Assembly (NCBI GenBank): GCA_965644295.1
Contig: CBFFRP010000091.1
Coordinates: forward strand, 1 to 64,000
From: Paraphysomonas bandaiensis
Taxonomy: Eukaryota > Protista > Chrysophyceae
Length of the DNA stretch: 64,000 nt
Direction: 5' to 3'
Shown here: positions 43,867-56,640 of the stretch, piece after piece
Layout: the number at the start of each line of letters is the position of its first letter
How positions within the stretch are numbered: the first letter of the stretch is position 1
Program-made: the position numbers and the translations under genes
Notes under the pieces: generated by a model
Told to the model about the DNA's origin: nothing
Seen by the model: only the letters and a program-made list of their open reading frames with translations
The model's database searches: none

Positions 43867-44436
43867 TTGTCGAGGAAATATGAAGCAGCTGTGCAACCAA
43901 ATTTTGTGTCCTTTAAATCTGAAATTTGATATTTATGATACAAAAAGTGTCTGACGTGGAGAACACATTAGGTTGATGTATCACTGAATTGTTGGAATTG
44001 GACATATCACTGTAGTTAACCTCCTTCTACGTAAACCGTGACCGTGCTTTGTAGCACAGCAATTTAATTATCAAATATTCACTTTCGAGTATTGACTTTT
44101 GGTCCTTATATATACCTTAGATCGTTAAAAGAAGTTATGTCGTATTATTATCGCACACAAAATTGTATGTTATGGCATACATCACAAACATAATTTCATC
44201 ACATTGTGCACTATTAACTCACTTCAATTGCGGAATATACATCACACTGTAGAACTCAACTCTATCATCATTATTTGGAAAACCTAATGTCTAGATTGTA
44301 TAGTTATTGTCTCTTACTTGCTCTAAGAGAGTTAAGTTTTCCTTGATAAACATATTAACATTAGGTAAGCAAAGGAAAATCAACGTGTTGTTTCAAATCA
44401 ATGATATCTATATAAGGGAATAGCAGACCAGACGCC

Positions 44437-46473
44437 CTCGTCAACAAAGCCGAACTCGCACCATTTCGTGGTGTTCTGGGGAATAAGTACCGAAGATATT
44501 TCTTCGCCGGGAAAATTACGTGAGCCGCATATATAGTCAGCAGATATTGTCCTGCTCACTCATAGCCAAACGCTTGCGTGATACAACTTAGGAGCACTAA
44601 TAAGTGTCACTTTTGTAGACGTATTTGGGCCTTGTCGAATAAACAGGTATCCGGGAATAGGCCGACACACACACAACGACGACGAAAAATAATTTTCTCA
44701 ATTTCCTTTCTTTCATCAACTAATCTGTTATGTTAAACCAACTGTAATATATATTTATACTTTGTATTGCAAATAAACTACCTTTTAAATGTAATGATTG
44801 ATTAAAACTATACGTGAAGTATCCGTGCAGCTCACCTTAAGGACTGAGAGCGAAAGTGGTTGCATCTTAGTGCTTGCGGTGACGCATAAGCAGCTTTCGT
44901 AGAGTAAAATAGTAGGACATTAGAGTTATATATATAGGAAAGTCTGATTATTACATGAGAACGGTTGTGTACAGAAACTAGTTTATATCTATAGACTAAC
45001 TACAGTAATAACTAGATTTGCTAAATACTACTAGTGGCAGGCAACCGTCTCGGGACTGCTTGTGCATCGCTGCGAGCACCATGGTGCAACCGTCCCTCTT
45101 GTATTGAGGTTAGTCGGGGGGTCTACCTTTGGGCAAGTGTCTGGCGGGCCTGTGCCATGGATTATGTGAGGGGTGGATGAGGCGAGATCTATATGAGAGT
45201 GTAAGTCGGTGGTGGAGATGGTGCTGGTTGTTGAGGTGGGGTTTCGGCCACAAGTAAGGAGGAGTTGTTTCCGGAGTGGTTGCGCTTGCCTCTGTCGGGT
45301 CTGGACTCTTGCAGAGAGTGTAGTTATTGGGGTGGATGTCGCCTGGAGTAGTTGGAGTATTTTTGGTGTCGGGTGAGTATCCTGTGACTGGCGTTGCTGT
45401 GAATGTGTCGTGACCGGTGTCGCCGGTGCCGTGTCTGCGTTGTGGTGTCTGAATCCCCTATTGCGAAGCATGCGGAGCCCTCCATTATATAGGGGGAGCA
45501 GGATAGAGGTGATAAATTTGTCGAGGGCCTGGAACTGATGTTCGAGCAGTGAGCTGGATATGTGGCGTCCGAATGCGTCGGCCAATTGTGTGGCAGTAAT
45601 GTGGCCGGTCCAGTAGCGCTCAACCTGGGGGGTGGTTGGGTTCCATGCGGCTTTGGCTAGTTTGGTTATGGCGGTGTAAAACCAGGGATGGGGGAGCGTG
45701 CGTGTGCGAAATTTGTCAAGCTTATTGTGGTGTGCTTGGTGGACATCTTCACGTATATGAATGATGTCAGGATGAGTGCAGGTGAGAAGCATGTGCGCCA
45801 TGTTGTCTGTGGGGTGTGCACAATCTGTGCATGTGGAAGCCGTTGTGCGATCAGGTCCGGATTTTCGTTTGGCTCGGTTTCTTCCCATTGCGAAGGATTT
45901 GTCCCATACGTATGTCGTCTCGCGTATACGCTCTGCGAGGGAGATGTAGTGTTTGGAGGAGTTATGGGTACGGAGGGGGTGGAACTTGTGTGGGAGCGAC
46001 CCGCTGCGTTTGTGCAGCATACATGCTATCTCGTCGGAGGGTGTATTGATGGAGGTCCCACTGGTGGTGGAGATATGTGACGTCTCCTAGCATGGGACCG
46101 AGGTCTGTGAGGAGGTGTGTATCGTATCTTCGCCAGTGCCATTGACCCGTGGTAAATAATTCATCCAGTATATGCGTAGCGTCAGTTGTGACAACACTGT
46201 AGTTGGAGGCTCCGAGCACTCTGTCTAGTGTCTTCCAATCGCCGCTGGCGGCGGCGTCAGCTATATAAATGCCGTGGTCAGTGTAGGTCCAGTTGCTTTG
46301 ATCTTGTGTTCTACGTTCGGGGTGCGAGCGCGTCCATTTTGCGGTGACGCATAAGCAGCTTTCGTAGAGTAAAATAGTAGGACATTAGAGTTAAGCACTA
46401 GTTAGTTAAATTGTTATGCTACATTAGTTCTGACTCTTACACGCCTATTGCTAATAATCAGACATTCACTACT
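44437..46473 (+). repeat. Dispersed repeat family A, near full-length copy split by insertions (44437-44928 and 46339-46473)
   Basis: Begins TCAACAAAGCCGAACTCGCACCATTTCGTGG and ends CACGCCTATTGCTAATAATCAGACATTCACTACTA. Confidence 0.85.
44929..46338 (-). mobile_element. 5'-truncated non-LTR retrotransposon fragment (RNase H tail, CCHC knuckle, 3' UTR, (TA)n tail)
   Basis: Minus strand reads KWTRSHPERR...HGIYIADAAA (RNase H C-terminal WxxxH...AD motif), then after a frameshift CTDCAHPTDNMAHMLLTC (C-x2-C-x8-H-x4-C). More GC-rich than the flanks. Flanked by identical 55-bp repeats at 44874-44928 and 46339-46393. Confidence 0.8.
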
Positions 46474-46559
46474 ATTTACTACTGATCAGAGGGATAGGAT
46501 AAAACTTGGTGTGTTTCAGGATCTGCTCTTGAAACTGGACTCATCATTATGGTTTCCCT

Positions 46560-46745
46560 ACAATTGTGTAATATAATGAAAATCACATACATATAACTGT
46601 CAATATCATAATTATGGTAGAAGATAGTTTCTGTTGAGAACGAATATTGATGTTGAATGTCTATATTTACCCAATTCCAACTTGAGCGTTTTGTTCAACC
46701 CAATACGTGCAGAGAAACACCTTTGCTGAGACAAAATAGGGATAA
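46560..46745. repeat. Dispersed repeat family B, degenerate copy
   Basis: AACTGTCAATATCATAATT and TTGAGCGTTTTGTTCAACCCAA are similar to 8.2-8.35k and to the reverse complement of 56.37k and 62.2k. Confidence 0.6.
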
Positions 46746-47100
46746 TATGGCATATGGCATCACCTTTTCTGTTTTACCTCCGCCTTGTCACAAGGTAACT
46801 AGCTCGCCCCATCAACGCAGTGAACTTAATTCACAGATGGTTAATGTTAATGCCTAAATATGTACGAGAAAATATACACAAATAGTAATGATCTCTCTTA
46901 ATTACTATGAAAATAGTAAATAGTGCTAGCAGCAGCGATACTGTTATAAAACAACATGGCCGCGATATAACTTTTCTCCAACGCAAGCATGAATAGAAGA
47001 AGCATTCATATACACTACTTTCTATTTACTATACATTGGCAGCAAGCATTACATTGTGAAGTCAAAACGTGGTAGAAGTAATCAGTGCAAAAGTCTGAGT

Positions 47101-49176
47101 CTACTTCTTCTGCATGATGACAACACCATGATACGGGGTGAAAAAGGGCATGAAAGGTACTTGACCGCGGAACCTGTTGTCCCATATACGCTCCATCATA
47201 GGTTCTCCCATGCGAAGCTGCTTCTCGCCCAGCAAGTGGACGTGATCCATGGCAAACCAAGCCTTGTGCAGCTTACTCTCCACTTTTCTGACCCGGCGCG
47301 AGAAATGTGGTAAGCAGTCGTCAAAGTTCCCCTCAAGAAAGAAGTCAGCAATGGCCACAATTCCCTGTCCCTTATCCTTGATTAGGTGGGCAGCATTGGT
47401 CATGGCACCCTGCTGGTTAGGAATCATTGAAAAGGAGTACGACATGGTAACGGCATCTACAGTTCCCACAGGAGGGAGCTTGGAAAAGCACGACTTGTCC
47501 GTAAAATCGGCTTCAACGACGGAAACGATATCACCAAGACCCATGGTATCGATACGCCTCTGGGCAATCTCCAGCAGTGACGCGGAGATGTCCACCACCA
47601 CGATTTTCTTGAAATACTTGCGAATAACTTCCACTGGGAAAAACTCAAGGTTGCGTGCAGTTCCTCCGCCTACATCTACCCACACCATGTTGCCCTCCTT
47701 CTTCAAAGGAAAAGACTCCATGAGGACTGGTCTAGCATGTAGCAATCCCTCACGGAAAGCATCGTAGCCTTCCTTTTGGTAGCGGTAAAAAGACTCCATG
47801 TCTTTGGCGTGTCCGGAAGCCTTGATGGAGCTGGCAATCAGAGGCTTCAAAAAGGGAAAAGAGACAACCTTCAAACCCGTCCACAAATCAGCTATGAGTC
47901 CTTTCGACTGGTTTGTGTCAATTCTCTCTTCATAGGCGACTTTGCAATCCTTGAGGTTGGCAATCCACGTGGTCCAATACATACCCACACGATCATCGCT
48001 GTCATCTACCTTCTCCGGCTCTAACCATGCCAAAGGAGCGGAGTGGACGTCATCTGCAAAAGTGCGCCAGAAGATCTTTCCGCGCACAGGATCCATTTTC
48101 CTGACTAAATGGGTGATCTCCTCATTAATCATGCGGTCAGTCATCCAATCCATATGGTCGAGAAGAGAAGCCACAGTAATATCAGTCTTGACATTATCTA
48201 TCGCCTGAAGCATTGTTCCGTGTACAAGGTGAAGTTTGTCAGCTTTCAAGTGCTTGCGCATCTTCAAGTAGTTCTCCTTCTTCAGGTATCTAGGACAATT
48301 GTGGGGTTGGTAGTACCCAAGAATATAGCCGGAGTAGAAGTAGTTATCGTTCACCAAATCAGTGTTGAAGAAAATCCGCTCGATGACCATGGCGAGATTG
48401 TTGGGGCGGTGAAGACCCAGAGCCATCTGACGCTCCGGGACACCAGCCAAACAGCACCCACCCCGAAGTAAGATATTATCCATAATCCACGCCAAAGAGC
48501 GGAGGCGATACTCGCACCGAGCTAGCTTGCTACGCAGGGCTTCAGGAGTAGTACCAGTCACCAAATCACGACGGATGAACCCCAAACCAAAAATAGGCAG
48601 AATCCAACGGAACAGAACGTAGGACATATTTCCGGAGGTTCCAGAATACATAAATGACTTAATTCTATGAACACCGTCATCCCAAAATTCCTGAGAGGCA
48701 GCCGACAAGTGAGGACGGATCTTGGAAGGGTAAAGCTCGCGGAGGAGCTCCATATTGGACTTGGAAAAGATCTCGAAGAACTGCTCGAAATCAATGTTCA
48801 TGATAGCAACTTTCTTAATCTCCGTAAGAGCAATCTGACAAGAGTTGAAGTCGACAGCAGTCACTCTAGCGCCCTCAATGATATAGTCGAGCACATTACA
48901 TCCCGCTGATGCGATAGTGATAACATGATCGGACTCATTGAGATCGAACACTCTCTGATCCATACGAGGGTCCTCCCAACTCACGTTATAGATATAGGTC
49001 TTGTTGAGGAACTTAAACATGAGCTTGTCGTGTATCATGGCGAAGAGCATGATGAAGGGGCTCAACGACAGCATCACTATGCTCAGGACAAAGTCTGCCA
49101 CTGGATTCAGCTGACTCTTGAGCAGCTTCCTCCTCGTGTACTCCTCCTTGGACTCGCCAGGGATAGGCTTGGTCAT
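47101..49176 (-). CDS. BTA1: Betaine lipid (DGTS) synthase, BtaA-BtaB fusion, intronless
   Basis: 691-aa ORF. N-half has BtaA/DUF3419 motifs YNVSWEDP, IASAGCNVLDY, VDFNSCQ, LLDHMDWM. C-half has BtaB SAM-methyltransferase motifs FYRYQKEGYDAFREGLL, WVDVGGGTARN, SYSFSMIP. Confidence 0.9.
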   Translation of the reverse strand: MTKPIPGESKEEYTRRKLLKSQLNPVADFVLSIVMLSLSPFIMLFAMIHDKLMFKFLNKTYIYNVSWEDPRMDQRVFDLNESDHVITIASAGCNVLDYIIEGARVTAVDFNSCQIALTEIKKVAIMNIDFEQFFEIFSKSNMELLRELYPSKIRPHLSAASQEFWDDGVHRIKSFMYSGTSGNMSYVLFRWILPIFGLGFIRRDLVTGTTPEALRSKLARCEYRLRSLAWIMDNILLRGGCCLAGVPERQMALGLHRPNNLAMVIERIFFNTDLVNDNYFYSGYILGYYQPHNCPRYLKKENYLKMRKHLKADKLHLVHGTMLQAIDNVKTDITVASLLDHMDWMTDRMINEEITHLVRKMDPVRGKIFWRTFADDVHSAPLAWLEPEKVDDSDDRVGMYWTTWIANLKDCKVAYEERIDTNQSKGLIADLWTGLKVVSFPFLKPLIASSIKASGHAKDMESFYRYQKEGYDAFREGLLHARPVLMESFPLKKEGNMVWVDVGGGTARNLEFFPVEVIRKYFKKIVVVDISASLLEIAQRRIDTMGLGDIVSVVEADFTDKSCFSKLPPVGTVDAVTMSYSFSMIPNQQGAMTNAAHLIKDKGQGIVAIADFFLEGNFDDCLPHFSRRVRKVESKLHKAWFAMDHVHLLGEKQLRMGEPMMERIWDNRFRGQVPFMPFFTPYHGVVIMQKK

Positions 49177-50792
49177 GGTTAATAACCAATGGGAATAGCA
49201 CTATGAGAGATGGATAGTATTCACGCGAGAGAGACGTGAATAATAATGAGAATATAGTCCGGTGTGTGTGTATGTAGGGAGGCGGCTGGACGGTATGTAT
49301 GTATGTGTGTGTAGGTCTGCATATGAGGAATGGTTCCTACCATACTCACACACACACACACCATATCAACTACACGTGTACACGATACCATATCTACCGA
49401 ACTACACATACAAGATAAGAAGGAATGAATGGTAGGTAGGTAGGTACGTACTCCTTCGTACTACACATAATACATATACGTACTCTGCTACACCGACCAG
49501 CATACTCTGTATAAAGATGATATGTATGGTAGATTTCCTGGCCACTCGATGATGTGGTACGTACACACCGGTAAATTAGTACGGTGTGTACCGGTCTGTA
49601 GAATACTGTGAACTACAACCAATGCATACATTCCTGAAACACAGAACGGTCACGGTTGATTTGTCCTCACCTCATTAAAATAGTCGTCATTACGCGTACC
49701 ATTGCTGCTATGCTCGTAGGTGTATTCTCATCAACTTTGTTGTTATTGAATATATGCTGGGAATGTAACTAGAAGAATGCTAGCACCTTTTTCTTCTTGT
49801 GCTGGTGACATCAATATTACATACTCTTTTCAGTACCTTGACCTAACTATCGCCAGTCATCGCACAGCTGGTTTACTTTGTTTACGCAAACAACACAAAT
49901 ATATGACACAACACAAATATATGAACTTGAATTTCATGAGCGTGATTTACTCGTAATTTTAAAACATTATACTTATTGTTCCTTTTATAAGTACACTTTA
50001 CAACTTTACAGGATTTTTTCTCTGCCTTTACTCCTTTTCAAGGTCGTTATCTTATAAATTGGATACGGTAACTACTACGAAAAATGCTGACGCTATACCT
50101 GATTGTATGTATCCCGCCGAGCAAGCCGTTATAAGATTTACACAATGTTTGGGTATATTAAGAGTTAAGAATGTATTTCTTCTGATACGTGTATACTATC
50201 TGTCGGCACAGTTTCAAGATTTCCAATGATAATCAAAAATTTCTATGCAACTCTAAATAATTGTGTGAATAGCGTACTGTATACGACTTGAATAGTATTT
50301 ACGCAATAATTTTGGTATCATTACATATAGATTGAAATCATACGTAGTGCACACAAGGAACTGTGAAATATCACATAAGTGTGTCGTAACCTTAGTGTGG
50401 AATCAAAAGAGGGTAGGGGTATTTATATGGCCATAACCGCAGAGTAAGAGCAGAATTATGTGAACTATGACAGGAAGTACTTATTGTTTTTCTACTTATA
50501 GTAGCACCTACTCTTTATCTACTCTTTATTTCCTGACACAGATATCATACCTGGATTGTCTGACAACTCCATTCTTCACTTAACAATAAAAGATTTTGAA
50601 TGATGATGCCATTTCTATTCGCCGACGTCATAATGCCAAGTCAATAAAGTTGCATATCATTAAAGCACCAATCTTCTCCGGTGCATACATGCACACATAT
50701 ATACATCTTTTGGGAAATCACTAAACGCATGCATGCAGTATTAGTTGCATATACTGCAGACGAACAAACATTCTATCACTAAATATAATAGA

Positions 50793-51932
50793 CTAGGCTA
50801 TTATCTGAGCACAAGATCCGTTTGGATCTTCGCCGATAGTGACATTTAGGTAGACCATGTGATCTGCAATAGAAACTTCTCTGAGATGGTCCCATTGCTG
50901 CGCACAGGTCACGTCTTCGTACCCATCACATATCTGTACATACACCACCTGTGATACAGTCCACAAAGTGTCTATTGAAAGTTTACTACAGAAAATACAC
51001 CATAATATACTGCTTCTACCCTCTATATGTCATCGAACATACCTGTACGTGAACAACTCCATCACTATCTTCGGTGGTATAGTACTCCCCTGCTACGTGT
51101 TGGTACCTGAAGTAAATACATATACACGCACATCAGGTTTCTCAACTACGGGACAACACAACATCAGGTGTTTCGTTCTCAGAGATCACAGTGAACGATA
51201 AAATGAAGTCTACTATATTGTGGAAATACCTAGTATGCAGAGGGTAATGGGGCACGATATCTTGGTGATGTGTGACCCTGTAATGGTTTACGAGTTGTGT
51301 CGACGCCCATATAGAAAATTTGGTGTTTCCCACACGAGGCGAGCCGAAAGTATAAAGCTGCAATGGAGAAAAAACTGGTAGCATATCTATGTACGCTAAT
51401 GTAGCCAACGCAGCTCCTGTTAATTTAATTAGACAGTATGTAACAAGCATTATAAAATTATACCAAGCGAGTGTCCAGTTAATATAACTTCATAATCCGG
51501 ATATGTATCGCGCAGTTGTTTCAAATAATCTACAAGTGGCCCAATTATCCTTTGCTCAGCATTATACCACCCCTCATGAACACTGCAGTTCATACAGTAC
51601 GGATAATCAACGAGTAGCACATCAAGGTCATCAAGAGCATTCGCTGGGCTTTCAGTTCCTCGGAAAGACACAAAAATAGCCCCCTGAGTCGGGTTGTATC
51701 CCACATATCCATGAGTATCGTGTTCTGGATCATCTATGGTGTACGTCGGAACGAACCCTTGAAGAGCACCTTTGTAGGTTCTTGTCATGTACGACGGTGG
51801 ATCACAGTAGGCATTTTCGCTATGCCACACAGACAAATTAGCGTAATACCAGTCGAATTCTTGTGAAGTACATTCCACAGAGACAAGATGGAGAAATAAG
51901 TAAAACAGAAGATGAAGAGAGAGGTGCTTCAT
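50793..51932 (-). CDS. Secreted class 3 lipase, multi-exon
   Basis: Signal peptide MKHLSLHLLFYLFLHLVSVEC, then VSFRGT, VHEGW, GHSLG(G)A, TFGSPRVGN, RVTHHQDIVPHYP, DHMVYLNV. Confidence 0.88.
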
Positions 51933-52480
51933 TCGGTAGATTCCTGATCTTGAAGAGTTATCTGGACTATCAGGAGATTCTTAAGAACCGTTCCAAGAAC
52001 TAAGTGCGCGCTGTGCTACACACTCCTATAGCTAGCTACAAAGTAGCTACATCCAGCTACACCTACATACATTGTCGTTTACAGCATACATACAGCGTAG
52101 GAGTGTGACTGTAGAACAGAATACACTGCTGCTGTATTAATAAACGACTTCAAACTTCAACGACATATACCGCACTGTATACTGTTGTATACTGTTGTAC
52201 ACTGGTATACAGGCTCATACACACATTCCTACTGTATCTATTTTCGATGTGTTCCTTTTGCAGGAATACCGTGCTGTATACCGCCTACAGCAGTATTCCT
52301 ATGCCTTATTCAGCAGTATTTGGTAGTGTGTTCGTTGCTGTCTGTTGGATTTGAGTTGGCTGATCGTTATATTGCCGGTCCGGTTAGGTCCATGTGAAGA
52401 TATTGCTCACAGGAGCACCTGCAGACCCACCCTCCTACCTCACACACTATCATTGTATATCCTGTGTCCGTATCTGATCT

Positions 52481-55433
52481 ATGAGTTCGTCTAATCGCGC
52501 TCGACCTCAGTCAGCGTCAAGTCCCTCTCGAGATCACAATCAGGGCATCACATGTCCAGTACGACCCAAATCAGCAGCTCCAATACGTCAATCTCCGTCA
52601 CAAGGCATACTGGATGACCTTCGATTATCGAAGTCTTTATCTGCGGGTGTGTTACCGAAGCGCAGAAAGTCTCACACACACTCGAAGAACAACAGGAGCG
52701 GTAACACATCGAGTCATAAGAGTCTACCGACTATGCGAAGACCTCAGTCTGCTGCCTCATATGTTTCTAAATCGAAGAAATGCCCGGATGCGCTTTCGAG
52801 AGCATTATTATCTCGTGAGCTGTACATACGTACACCCACTATTCGCTCATCTAGACTACCTCTAAAGGAGAAAATTAAACGACTTGAAACTGCTATCATC
52901 AAGGAACGTGCCCATAGTCCACCTGCATCGCGCTCGCCGTCGCCCCATCAACGTCCTCCGTCTCCCATCCATGTCCCTGGAAACAACTACCCGCCTGTGC
53001 CTGAGAGTCCAGTGGTTATCCACAACACATGGGTGATGCCTTGCCACAAATCCGAAGACGAGATCATCGCCGAAGCTGATTATCGGATACGTAAACAGCT
53101 GTATGCAAAAGACATTCAAGTAAAAGTTTTAAATGGCATTCGCACCAGAGTAGATGCCAAGTTGCAGTTAAGACAGGAACGTATTGCCTCTGCTACTGAG
53201 AAGATAGAACTTATGCGTCGACAATCTACAGGGCTTACAATAATACAAGCAGTTAGGTTCGTATACTACTTATCCGCCAGATTAAAAGTACAAAGAAGAA
53301 TTGATGCTGCCAATAGAGTGCCAGTGTATAGTTTTGGGGGCACACAAGTAGTTATTAAAACCCAAGAGGATCTCAGCAAACACGAAGAGTTTAAAGAGAA
53401 ATACATAAGATTTTTGGAGGTATGAGACAATGAATGAAGTAGTTGCTCGGTAGATCTGTGGTTTTATTATGTATTAAGCAAATAAAACAAGCATTACTGT
53501 AAATAGTTAATGCATTCACCTGTCATTAAAGTGATATATCTTCTGCATTATCTGTGTATGTACTAATCTGATATTGGGCATGTAAATATCTACAGGTGGC
53601 CCACAAGTACAAATGGCGTTTGCAATTTGCTGTGAACATCATGCGCAAAAGAATGGCCACGAAAATAATTAAAACCTGGGCGCAAGAACTTCGGAGTGTT
53701 CCTACGGTATGAATTTTGTGATATAGAAACCTTGAGGGATTCAGTTGTAACATATATGTTGTGGTATTTGTATGTGGACTATCACAACTTTCGAATACAC
53801 TTCATCTCTATATTGCCTAGTTTGCAACTTCATTTCCTCATTAAGTTGTTGTGTACTCATACAGATTAAAAAAAGTGCACACAACTATATCGTCAAAGTA
53901 AATGTCATTCAGAGGGCTGTTCGGTCGTTTCTGTCCACTCGCCGGGCTAGAATACGAATGCTTGCCATAGTATGGGACAAAGAAGAATTTAAATATGTCA
54001 AAGTCAGTGTTAGCTTGTTCTAATGTTGTAAAGCACGTATACTAGAGTTGTGCGTATATAAGTTTTGTTCAGTCATTTGATGTAGATGCCGTACAATGTA
54101 GTAGTGGTATGTCGCCTTCATTACTCAGTGCCCTTACATAGTTAACCTATTTTCATCGCATGTCATTCGACAGAAACAACTCATTAAGCTGCGCAAGGAG
54201 AAAGAAGAGAAAAATCTTGATAAAACACTTGATGAGTATCAGACAGTTCCGCTATCAATACGGTGAGACATTCAATAGCAGATTTTGTGTGGATGTTGAG
54301 TGATCATAAACGTATTTCATATGTTTACAGTGTGCTAACGTTGCTTTTAGGAGGGGAATTCAAGATAGAGTAGCAAGATGGAAATACACTAACGCCAAAA
54401 TGAAGGCCTTATTAAAGGTGAGAAACTACTTTTGCTAAATGTTTATATATGTGCCAACGGAGTATAAATGACTGGTGTGTACGATATGGACTGAATTATT
54501 GATATTGAGGCTTCAACTCTTTTGTCAGTGTCGAGATAAACGATCACAGTGTATTTCAATACCAATATATTGTTGTGCTCACTTCTTCATGCCAGAAACA
54601 CGATGATGATTCAAGTGTCAAGGTCGATAGCCCTCTTGATGTGGAGTCTGATGACGAAGAATTTGTGTCTGATCCGTACGTTAGGCAACATCTAGCTCCT
54701 TACGATGTCAAAGAAAACGCATTGTTCGAGATTGTCAAAGAGAAGGTTTGTCGTGCAGCACAGTCTGTATTATTTAAAATTGATGTTATGGTGTTTCATG
54801 TCTGCATTATCTGTATTGGGTAATATTTTTTCTATGGTAGAGAAAAGAATACTTGGCGTACGTAGAGAAAAGAAAGTTGGCGTGTACTGTTCTCCAAACA
54901 TCGGTAAGCATTATACTTATATGCTAGTTGTACCACGTGGTATATCATAAAATTATGCCAATGTTTTGTATAGTTTTGAACATGACCGGTGTATTTATTG
55001 TTCTATTGTTGACAGTATACGGTGGACGACGCACGATTGTATATCGCCGGTCTGGGCACACAAGGTGGACCAGCCCCGGGAAGTCAAGTTATCACCGCTC
55101 TAATGAAATTCAATATGTTCAGGTAGTAATTTTCTTCCTCGTTACTTAGCAACCATGTACAGTCGTCTGTTAGCAAATTATGTGTTCGCAGTTGAGTATA
55201 AAAGCGATGTGTCTGTGATATTTATACTGTTATGTTTCTTATGTCGTATTTTCGTCGTTTTGGGCAGCATGCTTGGAGATACAGAAATTCGAGATCGCGT
55301 TATATTCATACATAAGCGATTGAAAACATTTGAGAGCAAGAAATTGTCCATATTCGACCGTAAAACGAGCGTACTTGCCGGGAGTATTTCAGCTGCTTTG
55401 AGATCGAAAGGTGGAAAGAGCACCAAGAAATGA
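52481..55433 (+). CDS. Hypothetical basic protein with RPxSA motifs and an IQ-like segment, multi-exon
   Basis: 314-aa first exon with RPQSA/RPKSA motifs. Downstream exons include VNVIQRAVRSFL. 3' end tentative. Confidence 0.55.
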
Positions 55434-56019
55434 GTACTAGCAATACTTTTGTCAAGACCATGCACAATATTGTATACTGTTGTCCATATCATATTGCTTG
55501 CTGTTATCATTTTATTGCAACGCTGTTTACTTTTATTTTTTGATATTTGAGGTTGAAATTATCTTACACAGCTATATACGACCTGATATATTATACAGTA
55601 TTGGCCCTTTAATAGTTATTAATATACAATTACAGCTGGCCAGTTTATCATCTACATTGAATTGATACCTAAATATATAAACGACACTACGATTCAGTAG
55701 TTCTTGGTCAGTAGAAATATTGTCATACAAGAAACTGTTGAGTTTCTCTAATACACAATCAATAAAAAGATGTATTTAAACTTTTGTTAATGCACAGTTA
55801 CTTGAAGAATGCACTAGTTTTAAAACTGCTCTACGTATTACATGAATTAATGATATGTTGACTGGATAAGATCGTGTCTATTTAAGATCTGATAACATTC
55901 ATTGGTAGTTGTGTCATAATACATAATACTATATTGAGTTTTTAATTATCCCCATTTTGTCTCTAAAAAGCTTTTTTTGACCTGATTTGAGCTCAGCAGG
56001 GCGCTCATAGCAGATAGCA

Positions 56020-56640
56020 GCACCGGACAAATATAGACATTTAACTTCAATATTCACTTCAACATAAACTCACTTCTGTTTTAATAGTAATACTAACTGT
56101 CATATGTGTGTTAATTAATTATATTACACATTTTTAGAGAACCCACAATGATGAGACAACCATTCATAACCAGGACTTGAAACAATTTCAAGATATTGCA
56201 GAAGATTTAAAATGCCAAATCTGATGCTGTATAGGTGGTTAAGAGCAGTGGCATCCAGCCCCTTTCTAAATTTTAAGCGCGGGACGATATTGCCTCCTCT
56301 TATTGCCCGTGGTTAAATATAACTATATCCCCCCATTTTTTCTTAAAAAAGTGTGTGTTGGGTTGAACAGAACGCTCAAGTTATCACGTCATGCTTCTCA
56401 GAATTGTGTGCCTCATATCATACAGTTGTTATATCAGCATTTGAGTCAGCTTCATTTGTGTTGTACATAAATGTGATGATGATGCCAACGACAAGACAAA
56501 GCCGTGCGACTACAGTTTTTTATTCATTATCACGCTCTTTACGAATTTCAATACCTCGAAATTGCTATTCTCTCAGTATCATTCTGTGGTTGAGGGGCTT
56601 TTGTTGAAACTTTTATTGAAATTTGGGGAATATAATCTTG
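56020..56640. repeat. Dispersed repeat family B copy
   Basis: Shares CAAATATAGACATT.AACTTCAATA, TTCATAA.CAGGACTTG.AACAATTTCAAGA and ATAAATGTGATGAT.ATGCCAACGACAA with 62.2-62.8k. 56265-56330 also resembles 63733-63792. Confidence 0.7.

Noticed and set aside
44437-44560. Repeat A as a tRNA-derived SINE head or a Fanzor/TnpB guide-RNA end
   Set aside because: No convincing A/B boxes or cloverleaf, and no TnpB/Fanzor RuvC ORF in the window.
47249-48909. Several + strand ORFs of 80-170 aa
   Set aside because: Antisense shadows of the BtaA-BtaB gene.
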